Origin: Lophium mytilinum
Taxonomy: Eukaryota
Length of the DNA stretch: 64,000 bases
Reading direction: 5' to 3'
NCBI GenBank assembly: GCA_010093605.1
Contig: MU004181.1
Coordinates: 1,674,001-1,738,000, forward strand
In this document: piece after piece, positions 62,132 through 64,000 of the stretch
Numbering within the stretch: the stretch's first letter is position 1
How the letters are laid out: each line of letters starts with the position of its first letter
Notes under the pieces: model-generated
Told to the model about the DNA's origin: nothing
Databases searched by the model: none
What the model saw: only the letters and a program-made list of their open reading frames with translations
Made by a program: the position numbers and the translations under genes

Positions 62132-62747
62132 ATGCCAACCTGGGGCCGCGGCGGCGCTGGCAATATTGTCAGCGATGAGCAGGTGCAAGAAACCACACGT
62201 CGAGTAGCTGAGGTTCGCTTCACCCCATACCTACTGGCCTAAACCATACTAAGAACCCAATCATCTAACCTATCACCCTACTTTCTAGGACCTCGAAGCC
62301 AACCAACCCACCTCCATTCCCACCACAACCACCGCCGCACCCCCCTCCTACACAACCCAAGACTACGCCCATATGGGCCGCGGCGGCGCAGGCAACTGGT
62401 TCGTCCCCGCCGACGAGCCCGCCGCCCCTCCCCCCTCGGAGACCGCCGATCCCACCCCCGCGCCGCAGACGACGGCGAAGCCGCAGGTCTCGAAGCCGTG
62501 GACGCCGCCGAACACGGAGCTGCCGATCGCACGGGGCGGTAGGGGCGGCGCGGGGAATTTCGTGTGGGAGAGCGAGGAAGAGAAGCGGCGGAAGGCGGAG
62601 GCAGAGGCGCGGCGGCGCGAGGGGGTGGAGCGGCGAGTGGTTGCGGATGTAGAGAAGGGGTTGAAGATGCCGGAGAGGGCGCGGTTAGGGGGTGGTGGGA
62701 GTAGAAGTGGGGGAGAGCTTGAGGCGTCGGGGGTTTTGGGGTTGTGA
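62132..62747 (+). CDS. Small GRGGAGN-repeat protein (DUF3602/Par32-like; 2 exons, intron 62213-62288)
   Basis: Three GRGGAGN motifs (MPTWGRGGAGNI, HMGRGGAGNW, GGRGGAGNF). Confidence 0.8.
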
Positions 62748-62857
62748 GTTTGGGGACATCAAGACTGGAGGGTTACACCACCCCAATGTGCACCTTACCC
62801 AACCCAACCTGCGCACATCATCCGGCGCCGCTGTGGCTGAGTTCGGCCTAAGTCCCC

Positions 62858-63268
62858 TCAGGTCTGCTCACCCTTGCTCTCCCACAATCGCAACACCATG
62901 ATGTCCCCCTCCTCTATTGATACCACCACGGCTAGTCCCCATCCTTCTTTCCCTCCAATCCAATTTTTCTTTTTCCCGACCTTCTCAATCACGCCTACAA
63001 CACTCTGGATAGTCTCCTTCAGCTTCAGCGGATCATTTCTCTTCTTTTGAATAAAAATTATCAACTTTATTCCCGTGATACTACTCTTATTCCCAAATTC
63101 CGTATCCCACTGAGCGAATAGTTGAACTCTAGGTTTCATTTCGTCGACAAAGCCAGACGGATAGATTCGACGGAGCAGGAGCGCAACTTTACCATACATC
63201 CTTAGCCACCAGGATTTATTGCAGATAGGACTTGAACCTGGCCTCTCGTGGAGGAAGCTCACCCCCAT
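62858..63268 (-). other. Possible orphan or decayed ORF (136 aa)
   Basis: Open frame in a lower-GC region, with a branch/acceptor-like signal just upstream (about 63310-63340); no recognisable motif. Confidence 0.25.
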
Positions 63269-64000
63269 AGCTTTCCGCGAGCATCAGCGCGAGTAGAGCG
63301 CGGTCCGTTGCTTGAAGAATAAGCGAAACGTTAGTTACTCCCCAGAAAGTTCTGTAAGGTAACAACGAAAGCAGTCTTTATACACCTGCCCATGTCAACT
63401 ACTGCCCGCAAGTACTGTGCGTTATTCTGAGAATTCCGGCGGGGATCATCAGACGCATAACCCAATTGCGTCTGATGCTTGGGGAAGTCGTAGGCACCAC
63501 CCATCGTGAAGAAGATGAAAGTTTAGAGCTTGAATCAACGAGAGCGTAAGGTCGAACCTTAGTCTTAAACTTTCACCTGCTTTCCATCATAGATTCTCAG
63601 TCGGGGATGGAGCGTTTGTTACTATGCACTAAGGTGGGCTAGGTCATGTTCTTGACCGCAGCTCATCACCAGGTGCATTAAATTCTTACAAAGCTATTTG
63701 CATGAATATTTCTGCGGGCGACGGGAGCGTTCTAGGCTCATGATAGCTTTTCTGGGCTTGGAAAGGGGACAATGGTGAGGCAATGCATTGGAGGAGGCTT
63801 TTTAGCTGCATTAGGAAATGCGTAGACACAAACTCGGCTATATTGATTCGCGAAAGCTAAGCGTTGCTATTCATACTTCGCCTCCGCGCAGCGCCAAGTC
63901 AATCCATGATAGGTTATAGGAATTGATCCGATTCGCCTTCTTATGATTGCGTTAGTTAAGGTTCCAGAGTGCGGGGTACATACAAGTAGGGACGCAGAAT

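Overview
Eukaryotic, intron-containing fungal DNA (filamentous ascomycete; Dothideomycete-like by impression only). About 20 recognisable protein-coding genes: EFG1, GH47 mannosidase, FSH1 esterase, AP-1 gamma adaptin, sterol O-acyltransferase, DUF3074-like protein, GH3 beta-glucosidase, FHA-forkhead TF, NDUFS5, MFS transporter, a Cys-rich unknown, a Whi5/Nrm1-like repressor, GH5 glucanase, myotubularin, EFM4 and EFM7 methyltransferases, Ark/Prk kinase, GRR1, pacC and a GRGGAGN-repeat protein. The stand-out locus is 15.5-19.1 kb. There a GH10 xylanase is split by a 2.27-kb insert holding one decayed, GIY-YIG-nuclease-like gene in circularly permuted order (its two outer ends join in frame). 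The insert is flanked by two ~133-139-bp copies of the xylanase intron/exon-2 junction that differ mostly at synonymous positions. Exon boundaries were read by eye from GT..AG and branch-site signals; family calls come from motif recognition, not database searches.
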